A stretch of 64,000 nt of DNA from an uncultured Gemmatimonadales bacterium (GTDB taxonomy: Bacteria; Gemmatimonadota; Gemmatimonadetes; Palauibacterales; Palauibacteraceae). The position numbers and the translations under genes were made by a program. Shown here piece after piece: positions 27,053-37,097 of the stretch. The stretch is taken from contig CAWANJ010000009.1 in assembly GCA_963783385.1 (NCBI GenBank), forward strand, positions 512,001 through 576,000, in the 5' to 3' direction. The first letter of the stretch is position 1. Each line of letters starts with the position of its first letter. Under the pieces are notes generated by a model. That model had not been told where the DNA came from. It saw nothing but the letters and a program-made list of their open reading frames with translations, and searched no databases.

Positions 27053-27705
27053 AGCTCTCGCCGACCGTGGTGGCTCCGGCGGTGGGACTCGTGGCCCGGT
27101 TCCTGTGCGGGTCGTGGCGCTTCCGGGACGAGGCCAGCGGCCGGACCCTGCGCGGTCCCCAGCCGCTGCGGCCGGCCCTGTACGCCCTGTGGCACGAGCA
27201 CCTGCTGCCTCTGGCGTACCTGCACCGCGGGCAGGGAGCGGTGGCCCTGGTCAGCCGGCACCGGGACGGCGAGATCCTGGCCCGCGTCCTCACCGGACTC
27301 GGCTACGACGTCGCGCGCGGCTCCACGACGCGCGGGGGCGCCGCCGCCTACCGGGCGCTGGTCCGGGCCGGGAGAGAAGGCCGGCCGTTGGCGGTGACGC
27401 CCGACGGGCCGAGGGGCCCGCGACGCCGGGCCGACCCGGGCGCCGTTCGGGCCGCCGCGGCCGCCGGAGTCCCGATCGTACCCGCGGCCGCCGCAGCCGA
27501 GCGCGGGTGGAGGCTGCGGAGCTGGGACCGGTTCCTGGTGCCGGCCCCGGGCACGCGGGTGTGGGTGGCTCACGGCGAGGCGCTGGACCCGGGGGCGACC
27601 GATGCGCTCGGGCGTCTCGAGGAGGCCCTGGAAGCCCTCTCGGAGCGGTGCCTGATCGCTGCGGGCCGTGCGGCCCCCGGGTCCGCGCAGGACCATGGGG
27701 TCTGA
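27049..27705 (+). CDS. DUF374 lysophospholipid acyltransferase family (LpxJ-like)
   Basis: ALWHEHL, VSRHRDGEI, RGSTTRGG, TPDGPRGP, LRSWDRFLVP; in the lpx cluster. Confidence 0.85.
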   Translation: MKLSPTVVAPAVGLVARFLCGSWRFRDEASGRTLRGPQPLRPALYALWHEHLLPLAYLHRGQGAVALVSRHRDGEILARVLTGLGYDVARGSTTRGGAAAYRALVRAGREGRPLAVTPDGPRGPRRRADPGAVRAAAAAGVPIVPAAAAAERGWRLRSWDRFLVPAPGTRVWVAHGEALDPGATDALGRLEEALEALSERCLIAAGRAAPGSAQDHGV

Positions 27706-28753
27706 GCGCCGCGACGTGCGCAGCGCGGCCGAACGTCGCGCTCGGCGAGCGTGGCGGGAGGGATCCGGGTCGTGGCTCCGGGCGGCCGGCGTCCTGTACG
27801 GGACGGCGACCCACGCGTGGAGCTTCGCGTACGAGGTGGGGCTGCTGCGGCCGCGCCAGCCGGCCCTGCCGACGATCTCGGTCGGGGGCGTCACCGTCGG
27901 CGGGAGCGGCAAGACGCCGGTCGCCGCGGAGGTCGCGCGGATGGTGACGGCGGCGGGCCATCGTCCGATCGTCGTCACCCGCGGCTTCCCCGACGAGCTG
28001 GCCCTGCACGCGCGGATGAGCCGGGGGTGGCCGGTGGTCGGGCATCCCGACCGACGGCTGGCCGTCGCGGAGGCCGCCCGATCGGCCGAGGTGGCCGTGC
28101 TCGATGACGGCTTCCAGCACCGACGATTGGCTCGGGACCTCGACCTCGTCCTGCTCGACGCGGACGTGGTCGGCCGCGTCCCGTGGCGTCTCCTCCCATC
28201 CGGGCCGTTTCGGGAGCCCCCGTCCGCCCTCGGCCGTGCGGACGCGATCGTGGTGACGCGTCGCTCCCTCGGGGCGGCCGCCGGGCGGGCGCTGGCGGCG
28301 TGGGCCCGGCGTCACACGGACGTCCCGCTCATCGCCCGGTGCGCGCTCGAGCCGGGGGAGCTGCGCTGCGTGGCTCGGGCGGCGCATGGGCGCGAGCCGG
28401 ACGCCGGGGCCGGCCCCCGGGTGGCCGTGGCGGGGATCATGAAGCCCGAGGCCTTCCTGGCCGCCGTGCGGGCGCGGGGACTCGACCCCGAGCTCGAAGT
28501 CATCCTGCCCGACCACGGCACGCTCCCGCGCGAGCTGGTCGGCGAGATCGTGGAGGCGGCACGGGACTCCGGAGTCGTCACCACCGGCAAGGACCTCGCC
28601 CGGCTGTCGCCGGCCCTTCCCGCCGGGCTCCCTCTGTGGTGCCTGGAGGAGCGGTTGACGTGGGAGGAGGGGGTCGACGAGCTTCGTCAGCGCATCGAAG
28701 CGGTCTGCGCCGGAAGGCGCGCCGCACCCAATCAGCGACGGGGAACGGGGTGA
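27695..28753 (+). CDS. lpxK: Tetraacyldisaccharide 4'-kinase
   Basis: ISVGGVTVGGSGKTP, LDDGFQHRRLARD, LLPSGPFREP, TTGKD. Confidence 0.92.
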   Translation: MGSERRDVRSAAERRARRAWREGSGSWLRAAGVLYGTATHAWSFAYEVGLLRPRQPALPTISVGGVTVGGSGKTPVAAEVARMVTAAGHRPIVVTRGFPDELALHARMSRGWPVVGHPDRRLAVAEAARSAEVAVLDDGFQHRRLARDLDLVLLDADVVGRVPWRLLPSGPFREPPSALGRADAIVVTRRSLGAAAGRALAAWARRHTDVPLIARCALEPGELRCVARAAHGREPDAGAGPRVAVAGIMKPEAFLAAVRARGLDPELEVILPDHGTLPRELVGEIVEAARDSGVVTTGKDLARLSPALPAGLPLWCLEERLTWEEGVDELRQRIEAVCAGRRAAPNQRRGTG

Positions 28754-30330
28754 GCGACGTGGAGGTCCTGGAGACGGACGTGCTCGTGGTGGGTAGCGGC
28801 ATCGCCGGCCTCACCTTCGCGCTCAAGGCGGCCGAGGAAGCCGAAGTCCTCCTCCTCACCAAGAAGGGGAGGGTGGAGACGAACACGAATTACGCTCAGG
28901 GCGGGGTGGCAGCGGCGGTCGCCCCCGACGACTCGCCGGCCCTCCACCGGCGCGACACGCTGCTGGCCGGGGCTGGCCTGTGCCACGCGCGTGCGGTCGA
29001 GGAACTCGTCCGCGAGGGACCGGACCGCGTGCACGAGCTGGCGGACTGGGGGGTTCGATTCTCCCGCGATCACGGCAGCTTCGCGCTGGGGCGGGAAGCG
29101 GGCCACAGCCGCCGTCGCATCCTCCACGCCGCCGACCTCACCGGCCACGAGATCGAGCGCGCCCTCCTGGCGGCGGTGGCGGATCACGCCAGGATCCAGG
29201 TGCTCGAGGACCACTTCGTGTGGGAGCTGCGGACCGGGCTCGATCCCGGGAGCTGGCGATCCCGTTGCACGGGCGCCCTCACCCTGGACGTGGACGGCGG
29301 GAGCTTCCGGGCCATAGACGCCCGCGCCGTCCTCCTGGCCACCGGGGGCTCCGGCCGGCTGTACCGCCACACCACGAATCCGCCCATCGCCACCGGCGAC
29401 GGGCTCGCTCTCGGCTACGAAGCCGGCGCCGCGGTGGCCAACCTGGAGTTCGTGCAGTTCCATCCCACGGCGATGTATCCGGCCGGCTCCCAGGCCTTCC
29501 TGGTTTCCGAGGCGGTGCGGGGAGAGGGTGCGGTACTGCGCACGAGGGATGGGAGGGACTTCCTGAAGGGCATCCACCCCTCGGGCTCCCTGGCGCCGCG
29601 GGACGTGGTGGCCCGGGCCATCGACGACGAGCTCCGCCGCAGCGGGGAGCCGTACGTCGTGCTCGACGTCTCGTCCGTCTCGGCCGCGCGGGTGAACGAG
29701 CGCTTTCCCACCATCGCCGCAGCCTGTGCCGAACGGGGCATCGAGCTACCGGCACAGCCGATCCCGGTGGTGCCGGCCGCCCATTACCAGTGCGGCGGCC
29801 TGCTGACCGACTGGGACGGGCGCACGTCGCTGCGTGGTCTGTTCGCGGCCGGGGAAGTCGCCTGCACGGGCGTTCACGGAGCCAACCGCCTGGCCTCCAA
29901 CTCTCTCCTCGAGGCCGTCGTCTACGCCCATAGGGCCGCCCGCCGCACCCTTCAGGAGCTGCACGACCTCGAGATCGTGCCCTCCTCGGCCACGGTGGTC
30001 CCATCGCTCGACGACGCCGGCGCCGATCCCGATGAAGTGGAGAATCGGCTCCGGGATCTCATGTGGGAGAAGGTGGGGATCGTCCGTTCGGACGAGCGCC
30101 TGGCCTCGGCCCGCGAGGAGGTCTCCCGCCTGACCGCCACGCCGCTGCGGCACGGTGGGGACGGCCCCGGCGCGATGCGCGCCCGGGAAGTGGCCTTCAT
30201 GACGCGCCTCGCATCCCTGGTGGTGCGCTGCGCGCTCCGGCGGAGGGAGAGCCGGGGCCTCCACTACACGGAGAGCCACCCCCACCGCGACAGCGAGCGC
30301 TACTTGCGCGACACGGTCCTCGCGGCGTGA
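28750..30330 (+). CDS. nadB: L-aspartate oxidase
   Basis: VVGSGIAGL, YAQGGVAA, EAGHSRRRILHAAD, QFHPT, GVHGANRLASNSLLE, ESRGLHY. Confidence 0.95.
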   Translation: MSDVEVLETDVLVVGSGIAGLTFALKAAEEAEVLLLTKKGRVETNTNYAQGGVAAAVAPDDSPALHRRDTLLAGAGLCHARAVEELVREGPDRVHELADWGVRFSRDHGSFALGREAGHSRRRILHAADLTGHEIERALLAAVADHARIQVLEDHFVWELRTGLDPGSWRSRCTGALTLDVDGGSFRAIDARAVLLATGGSGRLYRHTTNPPIATGDGLALGYEAGAAVANLEFVQFHPTAMYPAGSQAFLVSEAVRGEGAVLRTRDGRDFLKGIHPSGSLAPRDVVARAIDDELRRSGEPYVVLDVSSVSAARVNERFPTIAAACAERGIELPAQPIPVVPAAHYQCGGLLTDWDGRTSLRGLFAAGEVACTGVHGANRLASNSLLEAVVYAHRAARRTLQELHDLEIVPSSATVVPSLDDAGADPDEVENRLRDLMWEKVGIVRSDERLASAREEVSRLTATPLRHGGDGPGAMRAREVAFMTRLASLVVRCALRRRESRGLHYTESHPHRDSERYLRDTVLAA

Positions 30331-30797
30331 AGCTCGTGGTGGCCGTAGTGGGCTCGCCGGGACACCCGGACGTGACCGCGGCCATCGCGGACTACGAGTC
30401 GCGCACCCGCCACTACTTCGATCTCGAGGTGGTCGAGCTCCCCGCCGGCCCGGGCTCCCTGCCCGCCGCGGAGCGCATGGAGCGGGAGGCGGAGGCGCTC
30501 CGTCGCCGCGTCCCGGCGGAACTGGAGCGCTTCGTCCTCACCCGGCGCGGCAAGGGCCTCACCTCGGCCGGTCTGGCGCGTTACCTGGGCGACCGAGCGG
30601 CGCACGGGGCGGCGGGCGCCGCCTTCGTCGTGGGCGGCAGCTTCGGCCTGGCGCCCTCGTATGTGGTCGAGGCGGACCACCGGCTGGCCCTCTCGGCCAT
30701 GACTCTGCCCCACGGGCTGGCGCGGCTCGTGCTCGTGGAGCAACTGTACCGGGCCGGCACGATCCTGAGGGGCGAGCCCTACCACAAGGGAGGGTGA
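30327..30797 (+). CDS. rlmH: 23S rRNA m3Psi1915 methyltransferase RlmH
   Basis: SPOUT motifs FVVGGSFG, LSAMTLPH, EQLYRAGTILRGEPYHK. Confidence 0.93.
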   Translation: MKLVVAVVGSPGHPDVTAAIADYESRTRHYFDLEVVELPAGPGSLPAAERMEREAEALRRRVPAELERFVLTRRGKGLTSAGLARYLGDRAAHGAAGAAFVVGGSFGLAPSYVVEADHRLALSAMTLPHGLARLVLVEQLYRAGTILRGEPYHKGG

Positions 30798-30822
30798 GAT
30801 CGACGAGCGGGGCGGAGGTGGG

Positions 30823-31587
30823 GTGGGCACGACGCGATCGGGACGCAGCGAGGGCGGCCCCTGGTTCCGAGACTGGTTCGGGGCCGAGTATCTGGCCCTC
30901 TACCCCCATCGGGATCAGGAGGAAGCCAGGCGAGCCGTCGAGCTGCTGGTGGACGCCCTGAGGCCCGAGCCCGGGGCACGCGTCCTGGACCTCGCCTGCG
31001 GGGCGGGACGGCACCAGGGACCGCTGGTCGAGGCCGGCCTGCGCCCGGTGGGCCTCGACCTGTCCGCGGACCTCCTGCACCGCGCCGCCTCGCGGACGGG
31101 CGCTCGGGGCCGCCTCGTCCGGGGTGACATGCGGCGGCTCCCCTTCGGAAGCGGGACGTTCGGGGCGGTGGCCAGCTTCTTCACGTCCTTCGGCTACTTC
31201 GCGACGGTTGGCGAGGACATCCAGGTGCTGGAGGAGGTACGGCGCGTCCTGCTGCCGAGCGGAGGATTCCTGCTGGACTTCCTGAACGCGCGTCACGTGC
31301 GGGACACCCTGGTGCCGGTGGATCGCCGCCGGGTCGGAGATCGCCTCGTGATCCAGCGGCGGCGGATCGAGGCGAGCACCGTGGTCAAGGAGATCGAGAT
31401 TCACCACGAGGATCCGGGGATGAAGGACGAGATGTTCGAGGAGCGGGTCCGCCTGTACGAGTCGGCCGAGCTCGAGACGCTCCTCCGGAGCGCCGGGCTC
31501 CGCGTGGAGTCCCGGTTCGGGGGCTACGACAGACAGCCGTCGGGGCCGGACTCGGAGAGGACCCTGCTGGCCGGAAGAGCGGCCTGA
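30823..31587 (+). CDS. Class I SAM-dependent methyltransferase (candidate bacillithiol N-methyltransferase, NmbA-like)
   Basis: WFRDWF..YLALYPHRD, VLDLACGAGRH, GDMR, FTSFGYF; stop overlaps bshC start (TGATG). Confidence 0.85.
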   Translation: MGTTRSGRSEGGPWFRDWFGAEYLALYPHRDQEEARRAVELLVDALRPEPGARVLDLACGAGRHQGPLVEAGLRPVGLDLSADLLHRAASRTGARGRLVRGDMRRLPFGSGTFGAVASFFTSFGYFATVGEDIQVLEEVRRVLLPSGGFLLDFLNARHVRDTLVPVDRRRVGDRLVIQRRRIEASTVVKEIEIHHEDPGMKDEMFEERVRLYESAELETLLRSAGLRVESRFGGYDRQPSGPDSERTLLAGRAA

Positions 31588-33205
31588 TGGCGGCTCTCGG
31601 GTTCGCGGCCCGGGCGCTGGCCGCCGCCGGCACCCCGGCCGGGGACATGCTCCGCGAAACGGGCCCGGTCCACGCCCTCCTGCCGGGGTTCCCGGCCGGG
31701 GCGGAGGGCGTCCTGCGGCGTGGGGGCGGCGGTTCACCGGCCCGACTGGCCGCTTCGGCATTTCGGACGACCCGAGCCGCCGACGCCGACAAGCTGGACG
31801 GAATACTGCACGGAGGCGGAGTCCTCGTATCGACGGGCCAGCAGCCGGACCTGTTCGGCGGGCCGCTCTACGTCCTCTACAAGGCCCTTGGAGCCTGTGT
31901 CGTGGCCGCCGCGATCGAGGAGACCCACGGCGTTCCCGCGCTCCCCATGTTCTGGGTGGCCTCGGACGACCACGACTGGGACGAGGTGGGACGGGTCGAC
32001 GTCCTGGACGCCGACGGGCAATCCCGGCAGGTCACGCTCGAGCCGCCCCCGGGGCGTTCGGACCGTTCGGTGGGGGTCACGCGGGTGCCCGACGGCATCA
32101 CAGACCGCATCGATGAGCTCTGCCAATATATTCCCACATCAGACTTTAGTAAGGATTACCTGGACCTTCTTCGAGGAGCGTACGTCCCCTCCAGGACCCT
32201 GGGGGAGGCGTTCACCGAGCTCCTGTCCGGTCTCCTGGCCGACCGGGGCCTCGTGTTCCTCGACTCGGGGGCGAAAGCGGTTCGCTCCGCGGCCGCGCCG
32301 CTGTACGCGAGGGTGGTGCAGGAGCGGACGCGGGTGGCCGAGGCGCTGGCGGAGGGGGAAGCCGCGGTGGAGGCGGCGGGCTACGAGGCGCAGCTCCACC
32401 GCCGAGCCGGCGGCATTCCGCTGTTCCTGGACACGAGCGCGGGACGCATGAGGCTCCTGGCGGACGGAGAGGGCATCCGGGAGGGCCCGCGCGGCTCCCT
32501 CCGCAGCGAGGCCGAGGTGCTGGCGACCCTCGAGTCGGACCCGGATCGCTTCAGCCCCAACGTCGCGCTGCGGCCGGTGCTGGAATCGTGGCTCCTTCCC
32601 GTCGCGGCGACCATCCTCGGACCGTCCGAGCTCGCCTATTGGGCCGAGCTCCCCCCCTGTTCGAGTGGGCGGAGACGCCCCTGCCGGTCGCGCGGCCCCG
32701 CCCTTCCTGGAACGTGGTCGAGTCGAAAGTCCGCAAGGTCCTCGACAAGCTGGACGTGGAGCCGGAGGCGTTCGCCGACGGCGGCCGCGCTCTGGCGGAC
32801 CGCGTGGCCGAAGAGGGCCTCCCCGCGCCCGTGCGGGCCGCCCTCGACGAGGCCCGCCAGGACGTGGGGGCCGCCTTCGGAGCGCTCGAGGAGGCGGTGG
32901 AGGCGGAGCTTCCGGGGGTGCGGGCCTCCGTGGGGGCCGCCCGCCATTCCGCGTTCTCGGCGCTCGAAGAGCTGCAGCGGGCGGTTCTGGGCCGGGTTCG
33001 GGAGAGGCAGTCCGTGCTCGTCGAGCAGATCCACAAGGCGGCCCGCCATCTGTATCCGGACGGCAAGCCCCAGGAGCGTGTGGTCAGCCCCTTCTACTTC
33101 CTGGTGCGCTACGGCTCCGCTTTCCTGTCCGCGGTGGGGGAGGCGGCCGACGAGTGGGCCCGCGAGGGGCCGGGCGGCGTTGCCGGTCCGGGGGAAGCCC
33201 GGTAG
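31587..33205 (+). pseudogene. bshC: Bacillithiol biosynthesis cysteine-adding enzyme BshC, interrupted by an apparent 1-bp deletion in a poly-C tract (real or sequencing error)
   Basis: TGQQ..LFGGPLYVLYK, FWVASDDHDWDEV, FSPNVALRP, GPSELAYWAEL in the first frame; continuation PPLFEW...PQERVVSPFYFL in another frame after C7 at 32651-32657. Confidence 0.85.
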
Positions 33206-33244
33206 AATCGGACACGCCGCCGGACATCCGGCCGCCTGTCGCGC

Positions 33245-33565
33245 ATGCACCGGAGCCTCCCGATGTTCGTTTGGGCCCTCGTCATCATCGTGGTCCTCCT
33301 CATCCCGATCCTCGCGATCGTGCTCGACTCCCAGATCGGGAAGGCGATGGCGGAGCGCCTCTCCAGCGGCCGCGTGCCCGACGACGTACAGGCCCGGCTC
33401 GAATCGCTGGAGGGCGAGGTCCGCTACCTGACGGCGACCGTCGAAGAGCTCCGAGAGGAGACGGAGTTCGTGCGCTCGCTCGTCGAGGGCTCCCCCGGGC
33501 GCTCCGACGCGCCGCGCCTGGGATCGCGGCCGTCCGACGAGGGGACGCCGCCCACCGGTGAGTGA
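33245..33565 (+). CDS. Hypothetical protein: single TM plus coiled coil
   Basis: FVWALVIIVVLLIPILAIVL followed by RLESLEGEVRYLTATVEELREETEF; start may be ATG 33263. Confidence 0.75.
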   Translation: MHRSLPMFVWALVIIVVLLIPILAIVLDSQIGKAMAERLSSGRVPDDVQARLESLEGEVRYLTATVEELREETEFVRSLVEGSPGRSDAPRLGSRPSDEGTPPTGE

Positions 33566-33574
33566 CCCGAGGCC

Positions 33575-35227
33575 GTGACGGCGACCGGAGACCCGGAAAC
33601 CGGCGGCGACCTCTCGTCCGCGAGGCCCGCGGGTCCGGCTTCGTCCTCGGCCGGGGCAGCGCGCTCCACGGCCCGTTCCGCCGTCTCGGTGGCGGGTGGC
33701 ATCCTCGTCAGCCGGATCTCCGGCTTCGGCCGCGACATGGCCATTGCGGCGTTCTTCGGGACCGGGGTGGCAGCCGCGGCCTACAGCGCGGCCCTGCGGA
33801 TCCCGAACACGCTGAGGAACCTCCTCGGCGAGGGCACCCTGTCGGCCTCGTTCGTGCCCGTATACAGCGCCATGCTCGAGCAGGACCCGGAGGCGGCGGA
33901 CCGGCTGGCCCGCAACGTCCTCGGGGTGGTGCTGGGGGTCGCGGCGCTCCTGGCCGCCGCCGGTGTCCTGCTGGCGCCGTGGCTCACCCGGCTCCTGGTG
34001 CCGGGCTCGGGCTGGACGGCGGCCGACACGCGGCTCACGACGTCCCTGGTGCGCATCCTGTTTCCGATGGCTGGCGTCATGATCATCGGGGCCTGGGCGC
34101 TGGGGGTTCTCAACAGCCATCGGCACTTCTTCCTGCCCTTCGTGGCGCCGGTGGCGTGGAACCTCTCGCAGATCGGCGGCCTCCTCCTGGGGAGCTGGCT
34201 CGGCTGGGGCTCTCTGGTGCACGTCCTCGCGTGGTCGACTCTGGTGGGCAGCGGCCTCCAGGTCGGCGTCCAGCTCCCGGAGACCGTGCGCCTGGCGGGG
34301 AAGCTGAGGCCTCGCTTCCAGCCATCGTGGGGGCCGCTTCGGCGCGTGGTGGTCAACGCGGGGCCCGTGATCGCCAGCCAGGGCGTCTTCCAGATCTCCA
34401 GCCTGGTGGACCTCGTTCTGGCCAGCTTCGTGGCGCCGGCCGGCCTGGCCGGCATCTACTACGCTCAGCGGCTGGCCTACCTCCCGCTCAGCCTGGTCGG
34501 GACGTCCGTGGCCACGGCGTCCCTGCCGGAGATGTCGCGGGACACCCGCTCGCACGCCCTGCGCAGGCGCCTGCGGGTGGGCTTCCTCCAGGTGCTCTAC
34601 CTCACGCTGCCCGCCTCGGTGGCTTTCCTGCTGTTCGGGGACCTGATGGTCCGGCTCCTGTTCGAGCGCCACGCGTTCGGAGCCTCGAGCGCCGCCCTCG
34701 TCACCGGCATCCTGATCGCCTTCGCCGTCGGGCTGGTGGCCACGAGCTCCATCAAGCTGTACGCGAGCGGCTTCTATGCGCTCCAGGACACGCGCACGCC
34801 CATGCGGATCGCGATCCTGTCCATGTCGATCGGGATCGCGCTCGGGGCCGGGCTCCTGTTTCTGTTCCGCGGGCGAGGCTGGGGACCGCTCTCGGTGACG
34901 GGGCTCATCCTGGGGGGCTCGGCCGGCGCGTGGCTCAACATGGCCCTCCTGTGGAGCGGGCTGCGCCGCAAACTGGGTCCGATCTTCGAGCCACCCGTCC
35001 TCACGATCGTCGGACGCATCGTTCTCGGCGTTCTGGTGGGAGCCGGGGTCGGAGTCGGGGTCCGTCACCTGCTGGAGGGCCGCCTGCCCGCCCCGGGGCT
35101 CGTCGGGCAGATCCTCGTGCTGGCCGGAACGCTCGGTGCGGCGGGGGTATCATATGCCGCGATCGCTGGAAAGCCGCCCCGAGGCAACGCCGGAGCCCAT
35201 GCCCGCCCAGGAGATGGAGCATCCTGA
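33575..35227 (+). CDS. murJ: Lipid II flippase MurJ
   Basis: SRISGFGRD, RIPNTLRNLLGEGTLSASFVP, FYALQDTRTP; multiple TM segments. Confidence 0.95.
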   Translation: MTATGDPETGGDLSSARPAGPASSSAGAARSTARSAVSVAGGILVSRISGFGRDMAIAAFFGTGVAAAAYSAALRIPNTLRNLLGEGTLSASFVPVYSAMLEQDPEAADRLARNVLGVVLGVAALLAAAGVLLAPWLTRLLVPGSGWTAADTRLTTSLVRILFPMAGVMIIGAWALGVLNSHRHFFLPFVAPVAWNLSQIGGLLLGSWLGWGSLVHVLAWSTLVGSGLQVGVQLPETVRLAGKLRPRFQPSWGPLRRVVVNAGPVIASQGVFQISSLVDLVLASFVAPAGLAGIYYAQRLAYLPLSLVGTSVATASLPEMSRDTRSHALRRRLRVGFLQVLYLTLPASVAFLLFGDLMVRLLFERHAFGASSAALVTGILIAFAVGLVATSSIKLYASGFYALQDTRTPMRIAILSMSIGIALGAGLLFLFRGRGWGPLSVTGLILGGSAGAWLNMALLWSGLRRKLGPIFEPPVLTIVGRIVLGVLVGAGVGVGVRHLLEGRLPAPGLVGQILVLAGTLGAAGVSYAAIAGKPPRGNAGAHARPGDGAS

Positions 35228-37097
35228 CGCCCTGCGCGCGCAGGCCGCCGGCCTGCCGACGCGTCCGGGCGTCTACCTGTTCCGGGACGAGGCCGGCGAG
35301 ATCCTCTACGTGGGCAAGGCCAAGTCCCTCCGGTCCCGCGTACGGAGCTACTTCGCCCGCGACGCCGGCCGCTCGCTCAAGATCCGCGAGCTGGTGCGTC
35401 GGTCCCGCCGCATCGAGACCATCGTCCTCGATTCCGAAGCCGAGGCGCTCCTCCTCGAGTGGAATCTCATCAAGGAGCACGCGCCCCACTTCAACGTCCG
35501 GCTCCGGGACGACAAGAGCTACCCGTACATCAAGGTCACCGTGGGAGAGCCGTTCCCGCGGGTGTTCGTCACCCGCCGGCTCCAGCGGGACGGCTCCCGC
35601 TACTTCGGCCCCTTCACCGACGTGGGGCCGATGCGCAGCGCCCTGCGCACGATCAAGAAGGTGTACCACGTTCGGAGCTGCCGCTACGACATGCCTCGGG
35701 AGATGCCCGAGCGGCCATGCCTGGACTACCACATCGGCCGCTGCAAGGCCCCATGCGCCGGCTACCAGACGCAGGCCGAGTACCGGGCCATGATCGACGA
35801 GATCGTCGATGTCCTGTCGGGCCACACCTCCCCGGTGAAGAAGGCGGTGCGGGAGCGCATGGAAGAGGCGTCCGGTCGGCTCGAGTTCGAGCGAGCTGCC
35901 GAGCTCCGCGACGTCCTCTCGGGCCTCCGGGCGCTGGAGCGCCGCCGGACGGCCGTCGACTTCCGGGGCGGCGACCGGGACGTGCTGGGCGTAGGCCGGG
36001 AGGGAGCCACGGCGTGCGGCGTGCTGCTGCGCGTACGGGAGGGCCGGCTGCTGGGCCGGGAGATCCACTTCCTGCGCAACGTGGAGTCGGAGGAGCTGCC
36101 CGCGCTGGTCGAGGCGCTCGTCAAGGGCTTCTATCTCCGCCGCGAGGACCTGCCCGGCAGCCTCCTGGTGCCGGCCACCTTCGAGGACCTCGAGCTGGTC
36201 GAGGAGTACCTGTCTTTGCGCCGCGACGGGCCGTTCGAGATCCGGGTCCCGCAGCGGGGGACGAGCCGACGCCTGGTGGAGCTCGCCGCCCAGAACGCGG
36301 GCCACGTGCTCGGCCAGGAATCCGGCCGGCCGCGGCCGACGTCCCGGCCGGACGCTGGCCGGGACGCCGGAGAGGGAAGGGCGGCTCCGGCCCCGGCGCG
36401 AGCCCTCCAGAAAGCTCTCGATCTCCCGGCGCCGCCGCGGGCGCTCCTGTGCTTCGACGTCTCCACTCTGCAGGGCTCCGACTCCGTGGGGAGCGCCGTG
36501 TGGCTCCAGGATGGCCGCGCGCGAAAGCAGGAGTACCGGCGCTTCCGCATCCGCGAGTTCCACGACGACCTGCCCGACGACTACGCGATGATGCAGGAAG
36601 TCGTGGGCCGCTATTTCGAGCGACGCGTCCGGGAGGGAAAGGAGCTCCCGGACCTGGTGGTCATCGACGGCGGGAAGGGGCAGCTCGGCGCTGCCCGGCA
36701 GGCCATGGAAGCCGCTGGCGTCTCCGACCTCCCGGTGGTGGCGCTCGCCAAGCGCGAGGAGGAAGTCTTCCGCCCCGACGTGGGCGAGCCCTTGCGCCTC
36801 GAGCGCCGCAGCCCCGCGTTGCACTGGCTGCAGCGGGTGCGGGACGAGGCACACCGCTTCGCGCTGACCTACAACCGTACCCTGCGCCGCCGACGTACCC
36901 TGCGCTCGCGGCTCTCCGAGATCCCGGGGGTCGGCCCGGCGCGCGAGCAGGAGCTGCTCCGCCGTTTCGGGAGCGTCGACGCCGTGAGGGCGGCATCGGC
37001 TGAAGCGCTGGCCGCCACTCCGGGCATCGGGGAGCGTCTGGCGCGGCGTATCCTGACCGAGCTGGAAGCCGGCCGGGAGGAGCCGGTCGGGCCGTGA
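35214..37097 (+). CDS. uvrC: Excinuclease ABC subunit C
   Basis: GIY-YIG PGVYLF...YVGKAKSLRSRVRSYF, CLDYHIGRCKAPC, PDLVVIDGGKGQL, RDEAHRFA, HhH motifs. Confidence 0.97.
   Translation: MEHPDALRAQAAGLPTRPGVYLFRDEAGEILYVGKAKSLRSRVRSYFARDAGRSLKIRELVRRSRRIETIVLDSEAEALLLEWNLIKEHAPHFNVRLRDDKSYPYIKVTVGEPFPRVFVTRRLQRDGSRYFGPFTDVGPMRSALRTIKKVYHVRSCRYDMPREMPERPCLDYHIGRCKAPCAGYQTQAEYRAMIDEIVDVLSGHTSPVKKAVRERMEEASGRLEFERAAELRDVLSGLRALERRRTAVDFRGGDRDVLGVGREGATACGVLLRVREGRLLGREIHFLRNVESEELPALVEALVKGFYLRREDLPGSLLVPATFEDLELVEEYLSLRRDGPFEIRVPQRGTSRRLVELAAQNAGHVLGQESGRPRPTSRPDAGRDAGEGRAAPAPARALQKALDLPAPPRALLCFDVSTLQGSDSVGSAVWLQDGRARKQEYRRFRIREFHDDLPDDYAMMQEVVGRYFERRVREGKELPDLVVIDGGKGQLGAARQAMEAAGVSDLPVVALAKREEEVFRPDVGEPLRLERRSPALHWLQRVRDEAHRFALTYNRTLRRRRTLRSRLSEIPGVGPAREQELLRRFGSVDAVRAASAEALAATPGIGERLARRILTELEAGREEPVGP

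Noticed and set aside
32660-33431. C-terminal part of the 614-aa ORF 31587-33431 as a novel domain
   Set aside because: It is out-of-frame read-through after the bshC frameshift; the real sequence continues in the 32588-33205 frame
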